Assembly: GCF_001194135.2 (NCBI RefSeq)
Contig: NC_068981.1
Location: 72,786,469-72,839,318 of the forward strand
Direction of reading: 5' to 3'
DNA length: 52,850 nt
From: Octopus bimaculoides
Taxonomy: Eukaryota
A model generated the notes under the pieces. That model made no database searches. It saw only the letters and a list, made by a program, of their open reading frames with translations, and was not told the origin of the DNA. A program made the translations under genes and the position numbers. Position 1 is the first letter of the stretch; each line of letters starts with the position of its first letter. Of this stretch, positions 36,355-47,666 are shown piece by piece.

Positions 36355-36824
36355 TATATATAATTTACTGCTCTGTTATTAATGGGATCAACAAAAATAT
36401 ACTCTATCCTGAGAGAGATAAATATCATTTAATATACCTAGTATTTAAGTTCGAGCTGTTATTAGTTTCATACTATGAAAATACAATAAGCTACAAAGCT
36501 TGTATAATGTCTTATGTTTTCAAGCAATCTTTCTCAACAAATTACATAACATGGCTTTTCATGATGAAAATTGACAGAGGACGCTGGTCTCTGAGAAGAT
36601 GCAAGGACGGAGAATAGTAAGGTAATAGGAAAAAGTGCAATAAGAAAAATTCAAATAATGGAATAAGAAAAATGGAATAGTAAAAGAAAATCAAGCGTTA
36701 CGACCTTTTTCCCGTTCGAATTAGGATTAATAATGTTGGCACAAATTGAATTAATTCAACGGCGGGGGCGGGGAGTCAAACTCTCTGAGACTGCATGTCA
36801 AATCCGGAGAGAGTCTTCTCCAGT

Positions 36825-37285
36825 TCAAGAAGGAAATTTATCCATATGTTTACATTTATTAAAAATTTCAGATCTGAAATGTTGTAGGTTTTTATATTTA
36901 AAAGAAATAAGAGCTCTTTCAGTTAATCAAAGCCTGCATTTCTTAGATCCATTAATGTATGGCGGTAATCGCTCGCCGATGCTCCACTTAATGGTGCGTA
37001 GTGCGCAGCTCTCAATCAATCTCAGATGTGACTAGTTAACTTCGTAGCTTTCTTCTTATTCACGTGTTGGAAAGAACATAGATGATTTGCGTGTCTTGTC
37101 TTGTTCTTTTTTTTTCTTCTAAAATTACCTTTGCATATACTAATGTAATTTTCTTTTGGGTTTCCTTATTTTGCAGCAATTCTGCGACTTCACCTCATAA
37201 ACCACTAAGCCAATCGTGCATATCTGATCGAATGAGACAGTTTCTGGGTCTAGACAGTTACAACTCGAGTGGGTGCTTTATGTCA
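36825..37285 (-). pseudogene. Penelope-like element GIY-YIG endonuclease C-terminal relic
   Basis: Minus frames SCNC...VVY...NYISICKGNF...RHANHLCSF...KATKLTSHI*...TIKWSIGERLPPYINGSKKCRL*LTERALI...RSEIFNKCKHMDKF show the characteristic PLE EN layout (CNC..CP, YIG, RxxNHxxSF, IKWSI, CxLCLxE, CxHxxKF). Confidence 0.82.
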
Positions 37286-37384
37286 ACTTAGTGTGATTTT
37301 TTTTCATATCGAGGCTGCAGTTCTATAAAACCGTTAATGAACGTCTATTAAAACTTTTTCTGTATTACCCTAGGCAACCATAGA

Positions 37385-37680
37385 TACAATTACAACTGTC
37401 CAAACCGAGAAACTTGTCCACTTGACCAGGCATACATGATCAATTCAGTAGTTTATAAAGCCGAAGTCACAGCATTGCTCCAAAATAAGGAAACACAAAA
37501 GAAGAAAGCCACAAAGTTAGCTAGCCATATCTGGAATCTGAAGGCCAACTGCAAACCATACGCTAATGGATGAAAGAGGCGCATGTTTTGTTTAGATCTA
37601 AGAACCCTACGGACCAACTAAATTCTAGATCAGAAATTTTCAAGAAATGTAAACATATGGACAAATTTCTTTTGTTGAAC
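37385..37680 (+). pseudogene. Second Penelope-like GIY-YIG relic, internally deleted, inverted relative to the first
   Basis: YNCPNRETCPLDQAYMINSVVYKAEVTALLQNKETQ|KKKATKLASHIWNLK...LNSRSEIFKKCKHMDKFLL. DNA aligns with the reverse complement of 37285-36825. Confidence 0.8.
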
Positions 37681-37789
37681 TTATGATTTCAGTCAGGTAT
37701 AACGATACTGATAACCACTCAGTATATTTATGCCTTAGGGTACATATGAGGTGATTGTAGAGCGTAATATCAATTAATGAAAGTTTCTA

Positions 37790-39277
37790 ATATGTGAAGC
37801 TTGCGACAAGAGCTAAGTGATCTTAAATTTTCTGGTCTAAGATCTGGAGCGAAAAGAGAGATTGCAACTAGAATGCAGTTAGGAAAGAATAATGTCCACA
37901 GTAACATGTGCACATTTGAATCTGAGAACTTCACCAAAGCTGCATGCAGGCAAACCGGATAATAGGAAAGCTGCTGGAAGAGACCTAATAGATGGATACT
38001 GATACAAAAATCTGATTTTCTACAGAAAGCCTTCAATATGCATATTGATAAAAAAAAACTATGGGACGCCTGACTGACACACCAAATTGGCTTACTCTAG
38101 CACGGACAGATCTTGCAACCAAGAATAAAGCCACCGATTTGGCAGAGAGTTATAGGCCCATAGCTTGCCTAAACATTATGTACAAGCTTTATGCAAGCTG
38201 TCTCGACCATTTCTTTCAAGATCATTTTGAGTTCATCAATATAGTGACTGATGTGCAGTAAAATGAGAGGGAGGAAGAGCGATAATGTACCGAACAAGTT
38301 TTGTATAAAGTAAGGTAACACTGCAGAAGACTTATCACAGTGTTGCTTGATTATAGGTATGCATTAGACTCTATTTCCAACTCGTGGCTGCTGAAGTCTC
38401 TGAATTTGGAATAAATACGTGCTTCCGTAGTTGCTGCCATTGAGAGGCTCACAAAGACCTGGAAAATAATCCTCATATTTACAAATATGAACAGAACTGT
38501 CGTCTCCGATGTCTTGCGGTAATTCTTTTATTTTAACACTAAATCTGTTATCCTTTTACTACAAAAATCCAATGGTTACATGCTAGGCTCTGCAAATGCC
38601 AGAGAAACCAATGAAGTCCATAATTTCTTTGTAGATTATCTGAAATGCAAAAACCAAAAAGAAAAAAGCAGCTAGAGTAGATAACATTTTCAAGTGATGT
38701 AGGAATGGAATTTGGACAAAAAAAAGTATTTGCATGTGATCGTGGGACTTGAAAAATCAGTTACCCAGACCCAAAACTTGAGCACTAAGTTTCTCTCTAT
38801 ACCTCCTGTCCCATACAAAGAATGCTATGAATATCTGGGCATTGTTTAAAATACATCACACGGATAAGATATGGCAGTCGAAATTCTTCTCTTACAACAC
38901 AATACATTTACAGCACCAATGCGACACCAACGTTTGGGATAGCTAACAGTTTGTAGTAGAAACTCACCCCACAGACATTAAAACCTGCAATAACCTGGCA
39001 TCAGCTGGAAAATTACACAGAAACAGTGATATCGATAGGCTTTACCTAAGGTAAGACGAAATGAGTAGACATATTTCGAATATTGTGTAGTATCTCTCAG
39101 ACAGCACCTGCAAAGCAACATCAGTAAAAATAAAGTTATAAGCCTAGGGTCGAAAAGTGAAGAGAACAACACTCAGCGTGAGCTCCTCATGAGCTTAATC
39201 TCTTCCTGACGACATTCCATAATACCCTTGAACCGCTGGACAAACATGTCTCAAAGAAGACCTGAATGTGAAACGCT

Positions 39278-39313
<36 letters not shown>

Positions 39314-40138
39314 AAAAACACCATGCATAGACTTGAAGATGACACTAATATCGAAATGAAGTGCAACCTCTTTTTCGACTTTTGATCGCTACATCACAGC
39401 ACTCTTCGAATGCAATACTCATGTAACCCAAAAGTAGGAGTTTGCTACAAACATCTAATAAACAAAAGAGGCAGTGAAGCCATTCAAACACCAACATGCA
39501 TCAGAAAATATCGATTATATCACATTTTCGTGGAAGACACCACATGTAAGCAGCAGCTGTTCAAAGATATCATCAATATATTACCTCTCAAAGCGACATG
39601 ACGTTGTCTCTAAAACAATATACGATGTTATTCGAAAAAAGACTGTCCTGGAATATGGAGAGTCTTGTTATTGAAAACATACATAAACATCACAAAGAAT
39701 ATTAGTAGAACATGTCCATCAAAACGTCTACAAACGCAAAACAAAAAAAAACAATTGTAGTTGTTTGGGACAGGCAAGACAATTATTTATTGTTATAGAG
39801 TTCAGCTTCCCTGCTTATGTGAATATCTCGACGAAAAGGAAGAGGATAATTATGAATTACTTCTTCAAGACATTCAGCTACTATACCCAGATTATAAATT
39901 CATATTTATACCAATTATAATTGACGTACCTGGTTTTGTTAGTAAATGTCTAATTAACCTGGAAAAGCTAGAATTTTCAAAAAAAGAAATAAATCTACTG
40001 TCGCGCACTTTACAAATTCAATCTGTAAGTGGAACGGTAATAATATGTAAGACTTTCTCAAGTTCAACATAGGGCATTGCTTTTATTATCTACATTCCAA
40101 GGAAGACTTCAGATATGTAATTAAGAATAGCAGAGACC

Positions 40139-40140
<2 letters not shown>
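37790..40140 (+). mobile_element. Heavily decayed R4-clade (RLE) LINE of a different lineage, ending at (ACAT)n
   Basis: Fragments FWSKIWSE, NRKAAGRDLIDGY*YK, PNWLTLART...YRPIACLNIMYKLY, LDYRYALDSISNSWLLKSL, HNFFVDYLK, GMEFGQK, YEYLGI, SDIDRLYL, RHDVVSKTIY, and KEEDNYELLLQDIQLLYPDYKFIFIPIII appear in correct RT-to-RLE order. Confidence 0.8.
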
Positions 40141-40169
<29 letters not shown>

Positions 40170-40202
40170 CATACATACATACATACATACATACATACAT
40201 AC
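40141..40202. repeat. (ACAT)15 microsatellite
   Basis: Direct reading. Confidence 0.95.
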
Positions 40203-42037
40203 TTACGTGAGTATACATTTCTGCATCTCCAGCAATAAATCTTTGGGAGAGTTCAGATTATAGTTTCGTAGATAATTCCGTTGTTTCTCTTGTGATGAAA
40301 AATATATTTCATAATGAAGAGTTGTTTATGCTATTTGGCAATATCTTCAGACGGTTTGTAAATTTCGAGAAAACTGTTTTTTGATGTTTTCGTTCTTTTT
40401 TTCTGACAAAACTGGCTTTATGAATAAATATACGATTGTAAATCAGTTTTATAGTTTGACCTAAAAAGGAAACAAAAAAAGTTAGAGAGAAATGAAACCT
40501 TACAAAATATTCGTAGGAACTAATTCTATACTTCGGAATAAAAATTGAGTTTTTTCTTTCTACTTTTGTCTTCTTTTTTTTTTTTTTTTTTTTCTTGGAT
40601 ATGCGGTATAGGAAAATTATATTCCGCGCTTTATGTTTTTCATTTATTTTATTTATTTGATTTGATTTTCTTTTTCTTTCTTTTATTTTTAAAAATAAAT
40701 TGTAACGTACTTTATCACTAAAAAAACAGCATCACTGTCTGCAGCTTTAAGGTTAGCAGAAACAACGAATATAGTTGCTCGAAAGTTTAATATTCACAGG
40801 CAATACATATCTCTGTTTTTGTTTTTTCGGTATAATAATTCATTTTATTAATATAAAAGGTTAGATTCGTGATGGTTTTAATTTCAGTTCACTAAGATAA
40901 CTGAAAGACATTTTTGCCTGAAAAGATCTAGATTATTGGCTGCAAATTTTTAATTTACAGCCCTCAACCAATTGCCAAAACAGTTTTATCTAATCTGGCT
41001 TTTTTTCCTAACAACAACGAACAGCATCTATTATGTAGCCTCCTCCCATTCATCATTCACCGATTATATTCCGCAATTCTTCTGTGTGATATTACATTAA
41101 TAGATATAGCACATATATGACAATATATTTGCCAAATCATCTTGAGCCATATCGTATGGTTAAGAGTACTGTATACGCGTATATAAAACATAACACATAA
41201 ATGATTGCATTCATCGAAACTGATCTTTTCAATAAGCAATTTTTATTGCTACTTCTAAATCATTTCAACGTGAAGTCAATACCCATTCATGTTTCCCAAG
41301 TGTTTGAACGTTTCACTACGTAAAGAAAAATGTTGATTTGAATAAGTTTGATTTGTTCGACACCAACCTTTCTGTATTGTAGTACAAATAATACAACTAT
41401 TTATTAGTAATAAAATTATATTTATTGATTGATTAGTTCACTGAGTGTCAAGATTGAATGCTCTGGGGCATAGAACTGTTTAAAACAAAACTGATGCATG
41501 AAATGCTACCATACATTTCTTAACAAAATTAAAACTAATTCAATTAGATTCCAATATAGCTTTGTGTTGTATTGTATAACAGAAGCGTATATCACTCTAT
41601 TCATTCTTTTTCTGTGATAGAATCAGTTTTAATTTGACGGTTCAACGGGACAAATTGTCGTTGTTGCAATCATCGTGGTTGTCCTTACAATTACGGTTAT
41701 ATTATTTGTTTTCATTAGTCAATTGACTTTCAATCAACTGACAAGATCTCTGCTTTCCTGTTTTGTTCTGAGCAAGCAGCTTCTTAATACTCGGTCAGCA
41801 ACATCATGCTTGTATTATAAAACATAACAAATAATTAAATCATCTTTTCTCTTACCCTTTTTGAAATATTATAAATATCCGAATTCCTCAGATCCATAAG
41901 TGGCGCTAGCGTACTTTATGTACTAAGCCAGTTATTATTAATTAGAATTACACCTTCTGTGGTAAGAATAAGGATTATACAGGGTGGTGCACGAAAAAGT
42001 AGCCCGGGTTCCATAGTATAGTGTAAATACAGAATGA

Positions 42038-42074
<37 letters not shown>

Positions 42075-42148
42075 ATATAAATATATATATTTATGAAAAT
42101 GTAGATATTTTTGCTAATGAAGAAATGAATTCTGTTGTCTTTTTGCAG

Positions 42149-42409
42149 GAAGCCGTCCACTTCAAAGTAAAGGTACAGTGGTTTCTGTAAATCGTGTTCA
42201 AGAACTGAAATCAAACCAATGGGGTTACGAAATAACCAGTGTAGAAGAAAAGAAAGTGACTATGCGAGTTAGTTCGGCGTCTGATTGTATTGTTGGTAGA
42301 TACCAGTTTTATGTGGATACATGTCATCTAAACCAGCAAAGTGACGTTGATAGCTACCGCTTTAAGAACCCTGATGATATTTACATCCTTTTTAATCCAT
42401 GGTGTCAGG
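42149..42409 (+). CDS. Transglutaminase exon, beta-sandwich C-terminal part (equivalent to TGM2 exon 3)
   Basis: ttttgcag|GA ... CAG G|gtatga. (G)SRPLQSKGTVVSVNRVQELKSNQWGYEITSVEEKKVTMRVSSASDCIVGRYQFYVDTCHLNQQSDVDSYRFKNPDDIYILFNPWCQ. The CIVGRY and YILFNPWC motifs are typical of transglutaminases. Phase 1/1, compatible with both neighbours. Confidence 0.95.
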
Positions 42410-42794
42410 GTATGATTATTTTAATCTACATGTATTAAGATATATGTACGTCTGCTTTTGATATGTAAGCGTGTTTTAACATTAGTATTTATCAATGTTT
42501 TTTTTAGATGCTGTTGAAAATGCTTCTAGATAAACAGCCATGTAAACAAATGTCTGTAACTAATGTCTGTAACAAATGTCTGTAACGAACTACCCGTGAG
42601 AAATAAAGAGATTAATAAAAAATGCAGACAGAATAACATTTCTAATTAATTCTGGTCTACATTTCTCGGCGAATATTTTTATCAAAATGTCTCCAAAATT
42701 TAGTAAATTTTGGATTCTTTTCATAAAAGTTATATTTTTTATTATCTAGAAGTAATTTCCAACAGGTGTGTGGCAGATGCGCGCATGTGTGTAT

Positions 42795-42990
42795 CTTTTG
42801 TTCGAATCATTGGACTACTGTCTTGACAAATATAGTCGAACAAATCGATTCCAGTACTTATTTTTAAAATCTCGTACTTATTCTATCGGGGTCGTTTTTG
42901 CCGAACCTCTAAGTTAGAGACGTAAAAACCGTCACCAGTTGTCAAGTGGTGATGAGAGGTAAACATAACAAAAGCACAAGCGCACATGTA
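42795..42990 (-). mobile_element. 3' half of SINE family B, degenerate
   Basis: gtcgaacaaatcgattccagtactta...gtacttattctatcgg...ttttgccgaac...cagttgtcaagtggtg is the reverse complement of the family B 3' half. Confidence 0.7.
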
Positions 42991-43392
42991 TACACGCGTG
43001 CAAACACATATACACATACATACATGCACACACACTCACGCACACACACACACCTATATGAGAGGTAATATTTATCCCCACTTAAACATGGATGCTCTGT
43101 TAGAACAAACTATACTGCGGTAGTTTCCATGAGAGAAACTCTCATTATGGCTTTCTGGTGCAAAATACACTCTTGTTTATATCGGGGAAATTAATCCCCA
43201 CTGTCTCTAGCGGCGAGATCATCAGATCACGTGATTTCGATCTTGTTTCGTCTTGTTAATGATGGACACTCGACCGCTAGTGCAGCAGCAATTCATCTCC
43301 CACTAGCGCTGTATAGATTAGCAGTGCCAGAACAGGTGCTGGTGCTGCGATTAGCCAGTTAGCTTGTTAAAAAAAATTTATTAATATGTATG

Positions 43393-44603
43393 ATTAGGTC
43401 GTCAAGTATGAAATTTGTAGTAAGGTATATGGTAAACTTTGACAGCTGCTCATTTTGCGCCATTATTATATTTTGACAATCTTTATTTTTTGTTAGAAAG
43501 CTGACACATCTATTTCTTTATTCTATCTTATTTTGCGCTTTAGAAAGTATTTATAAATTGTCTTTTGCTATTTTTGTTTAGAGTTGGATAAGTCGGAAAT
43601 TCGTATAGTCTTGAAATATGAGTTCTTTCTTGGAAATACAGCATCAGAGACAGTTCGGAATATTAATGGAGTATTTCATTTTAATGTTATTACACAGCAG
43701 ACAGTATCAAATTGGTTTGCAAAATTTCGTTCAATAACTTTGACCTCACAAATAAGCAACGCGGTCGACCAGAAACAAAAGTGGATAATGACGAACTGAA
43801 AGTCACTGTCGAGTCAGATCCATCTCAAAGTGCCCGTGAATTATCGTTGTTGTTTGGTGTTAGCAAGAAAACAATATTGACTCACTGTGTTCAAATCGGT
43901 AAAGTGAAATAGTTGGATAATAGGTTCCACGTGAACTCAATGAAAATCAGAGACAGCAACATTTGGAAGCCAGCATTATGCTACTTTCTCGTCACAAAAA
44001 TGAATCATTTTTGAATCAAAGTGTAACATGCGTTGAGAAATGGATCCAATAAAACAACCGCAAACGTTCAGCACAATAGTTGGACAAAGACGAGCCACAA
44101 AAACACAGTCCAAAAAGCAAAATTCATCAAAAGATGCTGATGGTGTGTGTTTGGTGGTCTGGCGCAGGTGTGATCCATTATGATTTCATTAAACCTGGCT
44201 CATCGATCACGGCCGAAGTATACTGCAGCCAACTGGACAAAATGATGTAGAAACTCACAAAAAAAAAAAAAAACACCCTAGGTAAATCAACAGATCCACT
44301 CTTATTTTATTGCAAGACAACGCCAGACCACACATCACAAAAATGACAGTGGCAAAACTATAGGATTTGGAGTTGGAATTTCTCCATCATCCACCATACT
44401 CACCTGATCTTGCCTCCATTGACAACCACTTTTTGATAGAAAAAAAAAAAATTCCGACGATGCTGGACTGGACAAGCTACCACTTAAATAGCAAAAGTGT
44501 ATTGATATGGGAGCATACTTTGATGAATAAAACTGTTCCTTATATTAATAAGACATTAGTAAACATTTTTCTTTTCTACAAATTTCATACTTGACGACTT
44601 AAT
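43393..44603 (+). mobile_element. Mariner element, cecropia (Hsmar1-like) subfamily, both TIRs present, transposase pseudogenised
   Basis: 28-bp TIRs attaggtcgtcaagtatgaaatttgtag (43393-43420) and ctacaaatttcatacttgacgacttaat (44576-44603) match at 27/28. Protein DKSEIRIVLKYEF..G..ASETVRNIN...GRPETKVDNDEL...QIGKVK*LD..VPREL...EKWI...MVCVWWS..G.IHY...LLQDNARPH...HPPYSPDLASIDNHF has multiple stops and frameshifts. Confidence 0.93.
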
Positions 44604-44774
44604 GATACCGAGATGTAATAATTACTTCAACTTAAAAAAAGATGTTCTATTAGAATTAACTATACTACGCTAATTACATGAGAAAAACTCTCATTTTGGC
44701 ATTCTGGTACAAGATGCTCTCTTGCTGGCGGGGAGATCAATCTACACTGTGTGTGTGTGTTTTATATATATATT

Positions 44775-45157
44775 AGGTGCAGGAATAGCTGTGTGGTTCG
44801 AAGCTTGCTTCCCAACCACATGGTTCCGGGTTCAGTCGCACTGCATGACACCTTGGGCAAGTGTCTTCTGCTATAGCCTCGGCTCGACCAAAGCCTTGTG
44901 AATGGTAGACGGAAACTGAAAGAAGCCTGTCGTATATATATATATGTGTGTGTGTGTGTCTGTGCTTGTTCCCCCACCATCACTTGACAACCGATGTTGA
45001 TGTGTTTACGTCCCCGTAACTTAGAAGTTTCGCAAAAGACACGAATAGAATTAGTACTAGGCTTGCAAAGAAAAGTCCTGGGGTCGATCTGTTCGACTAA
45101 TGTCGGTGCTCCATCATGGCCGCAGTCAAATGACTGAAAAAAGTAAAAGAATAAAAT
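44775..45157 (+). mobile_element. Full-length SINE family B
   Basis: aggtgcaggaatagctgtgtggtt (A-box-like), gggttcagtcgc (B-box-like), CORE-like catgacaccttgggcaagtgtcttctgctatagcc, internal (TA)(TG) tract, and 3' end cagtcaaatgactgaaaaaagtaaaagaataaa. Confidence 0.88.
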
Positions 45158-45629
45158 NNNNNNNNNNNNNNNNNNNNNNNNNNNNNNNNNNNNNNNNNNN
45201 NNNNNNNNNNNNNNNNNNNNNNNNNNNNNNNNNNNNNNNNNNNNNNNNNNNNNNNNNNNNNNNNNNNNNNNNNNNNNNNNNNNNNNNNNNNNNNNNNNNN
45301 NNNNNNNNNNNNNNNNNNNNNNNNNNNNNNNNNNNNNNNNNNNNNNNNNNNNNNNNNNNNNNNNNNNNNNNNNNNNNNNNNNNNNNNNNNNNNNNNNNNN
45401 NNNNNNNNNNNNNNNNNNNNNNNNNNNNNNNNNNNNNNNNNNNNNNNNNNNNNNNNNNNNNNNNNNNNNNNNNNNNNNNNNNNNNNNNNNNNNNNNNNNN
45501 NNNNNNNNNNNNNNNNNNNNNNNNNNNNNNNNNNNNNNNNNNNNNNNNNNNNNNNNNNNNNNNNNNNNNNNNNNNNNNNNNNNNNNNNNNNNNNNNNNNN
45601 NNNNNNNNNNNNNNNNNNNNNNNNNNNNN

Positions 45630-45700
45630 GTAGAAGACACTTGCCTAAAGTGCTGCTTTGTAGGATTGAATATGAAACCGCATGGTTGCAAAGTGAGATC
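45630..45700 (-). mobile_element. 5'/CORE fragment of SINE family B next to a gap
   Basis: gtagaagacacttgcctaaagtgc...aaacccatggttg is the reverse complement of 44810-44872. Confidence 0.6.
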
Positions 45701-45712
45701 CACGTGTGTGTG

Positions 45713-45761
<49 letters not shown>

Positions 45762-45862
45762 TACTAATCACAATTAGTTAAGCAATTATTTATCTTTTAT
45801 TCATTTCCTTCTACGTAGTTGTTTCACATTAAGTGAAATATATAACGTTTGTCATTTTCCAG

Positions 45863-45981
45863 CTGATAATGTCTATATGGAAGACGAAGATGAACGTCAA
45901 CATCACTGCCTTAGTGAAACTGGACGTATATGGTTGGGGACTGTTGGAAAATTTTGTGTAAGACCGTGGAACTTTGCCCAG
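45863..45981 (+). CDS. Transglutaminase exon, start of catalytic core (equivalent to TGM2 exon 4); absent from the ORF track
   Basis: cattttccag|CT ... CAG|gtatat, 119 nt. (A)DNVYMEDEDERQHHCLSETGRIWLGTVGKFCVRPWNFAQ matches the D-x-V-Y-M...G-x-I...PW-x-F-[GA]-Q pattern. Phase 1 in, phase 0 out. Confidence 0.92.
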
Positions 45982-46357
45982 GTATATATTTGTATTGTCG
46001 GTCTATTTTACCTTCTATGCTCTCGGCTGTGATAAATGCTTTTTTTTGTTTGTTTTTTCATTGTTTTCTCTTTCTTAAAGCACGTATGTTTATATGTTTA
46101 GTACAAATACCGCAGAGTGTTGGTAATGTTCATGCAAGTGAAGTCTACGATTAATTCGATTCCATATTAAATACTATACTTCATATACTCTTCACCTAAT
46201 GCATATTTGTGAGTGTATGATCACGTAATGTTTCAAATCAAAGAATACCCATAAAATCACTTCTAATGTATTTTAACTTATTATCTCATATTGAAGGTTT
46301 CTATAATGTTTTCTTCTCCTTCTTTATATTTTGAGCTATTTAGTGCAATTTGAATAT

Positions 46358-47004
46358 TGTTTGTTGGCACTCCGTCGCTTACGACGTCGAGGGTTCCAGT
46401 TGATCCGATCAACGGAACAGCCTGCTCGTGAAATTAACGTGCAAGTGGCTGAGCATTCCACAGACACGTGTACCCTTAACGTAGTTCTCGGGGATATTCA
46501 GCGTGACACAGTGTGACAAGGCTGACCCTTTGAAATACAGGTACAACAGAAACAGGAAGAAAGAGTGAGAGAATGTTGTGGTNNNNNNNNNNNNNNNNNN
46601 NNNNNNNNNNNNAATATTGTTTGTTGGCACTCCGTCGCTTACGACGTCGAGGGTTCCAGTTGATCCGATCAACGGAACAGCATGCTCGTGAAATTAACGT
46701 GCAAGTGGCTGAGCATTCCACAGACACGTGTACCCTTAACGTAGTTCTCGGGGATATTCAGCGTGACACAGTGTGACAAGGCTGACCCTTTGAAATACAG
46801 GTACAACAGAAACAGGAAGAAAGAGTGAGAGAATGTTGTGGTTAAAGAGTACAGCAGGGTTCGCCACCATCCCCTGCCGGAGCCTCGTGGAGCTTTTAGG
46901 TGTTTTCGCTCAATAAACACTCACAACGCCCGGTCTGGGAATCGAGACCGCGATCCTATGATCGCGAGTCCGCTGCCCTAACCACTGGGCCATTGCGCCT
47001 CCAC
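46358..47004 (-). mobile_element. Young full-length tRNA-derived SINE family C (~386 bp) with 13-bp target-site duplication; the 3' part appears twice across a 30-N gap
   Basis: Head GTGGAGGCGCAATGGCCCAGTGGTTAGGGCAGCGGACTCGCGATCATAGGATCGCGGTCTCGATTCCC. TSD gcaatttgaatat at 46345-46357 and 47005-47017. 46358-46582 is about equal to 46619-46843 (one visible mismatch). Confidence 0.92.
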
Positions 47005-47558
47005 GCAATTTGAATATAATGTTGAAATATTGGTAAACCTATATTTTACGAAAGCTTTACGCGACATTGTTTCTCCAGTTACTCTCAGTTGCACAATTCT
47101 AACCCTGGCATAGACTCGGGAGGAGAGAGTGCAAGGGGTGCTAAAGCACTCCCTAAAATATTTTGAGGACAATAAAAACATTTTGAACATCCTAGATTGG
47201 ACAAGGGTTTACACCCACTAAGCAAATGTCCTTCCCGCAATTATGGACACTAGTTGTGCATACAATCCATATACCCATATTCAAGTGTTGAAACGCTTAT
47301 ACATATTTGCATACACCTACGTCTGTGCTCACATACTCATACATCTACATATTATGCATAGTTATTGAGTTGATTAGCTTACTGTATCATACATTGGGGT
47401 TTTGATGGTTTGGTTATCTTTCTGTTGTTCATTTTTATGTATTATGGGTATGTGTATGTGATGTGTAAAATTACCATGGTTGTCATTAGAAGTGCAGATT
47501 CATACGCATATCCGTATAGGGTTATAATATACTTTAATTTCTTCCATTATACTTCCAG

Positions 47559-47666
47559 TTTGATGACGTGTGCCTTATGGCAGCTCTTGCTTTAATGGAC
47601 AAGTCGGAACTCGGAGACCAAGCTAGAGGCTGCCCCATTCGTGTTGTCCGAGCTCTATGTCGAGCA
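47559..47666 (+). CDS. Transglutaminase exon, catalytic core (equivalent to TGM2 exon 5); absent from the ORF track
   Basis: acttccag|TTT ... GCA|gtatgt, 108 nt, phase 0/0. FDDVCLMAALALMDKSELGDQARGCPIRVVRALCRA matches F-D...R-x-x-P-[IV]-x-V-x-R. Confidence 0.88.

Noticed and set aside
37680-37790. Hammerhead ribozyme expected in Penelope 3' ends (also a possible PLE-end remnant near 7440-7535)
   Set aside because: I could not find an intact CTGAnGA...GAAA core with pairing stems by eye. An Infernal search would be needed.
41988-42030. tacagggtggtgcacgaaa, resembling a Tc1/mariner terminal repeat
   Set aside because: Only ~20 nt, with no partner TIR or transposase found.
46358-46843. Tandem SINE dimer
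   Set aside because: The two copies are almost identical, include the same flank (aatattgtttgttggcac), and are separated by a 30-N gap. This is most likely overlapping contig ends or two haplotypes.
46331-46920. Recurring peptide LALRRLRRRGFQLIRSTEQPAREINVQVAEHSTDTCTL (also at 5001-5183) as a multicopy small-protein family
   Set aside because: It is the antisense reading of SINE family C, which has a tRNA head and a TSD.
46930-47004. tRNA gene (also 29115-29187)
   Set aside because: A and B boxes are present, but no convincing acceptor stem closes and the sequence continues into a SINE body, so these are SINE heads.
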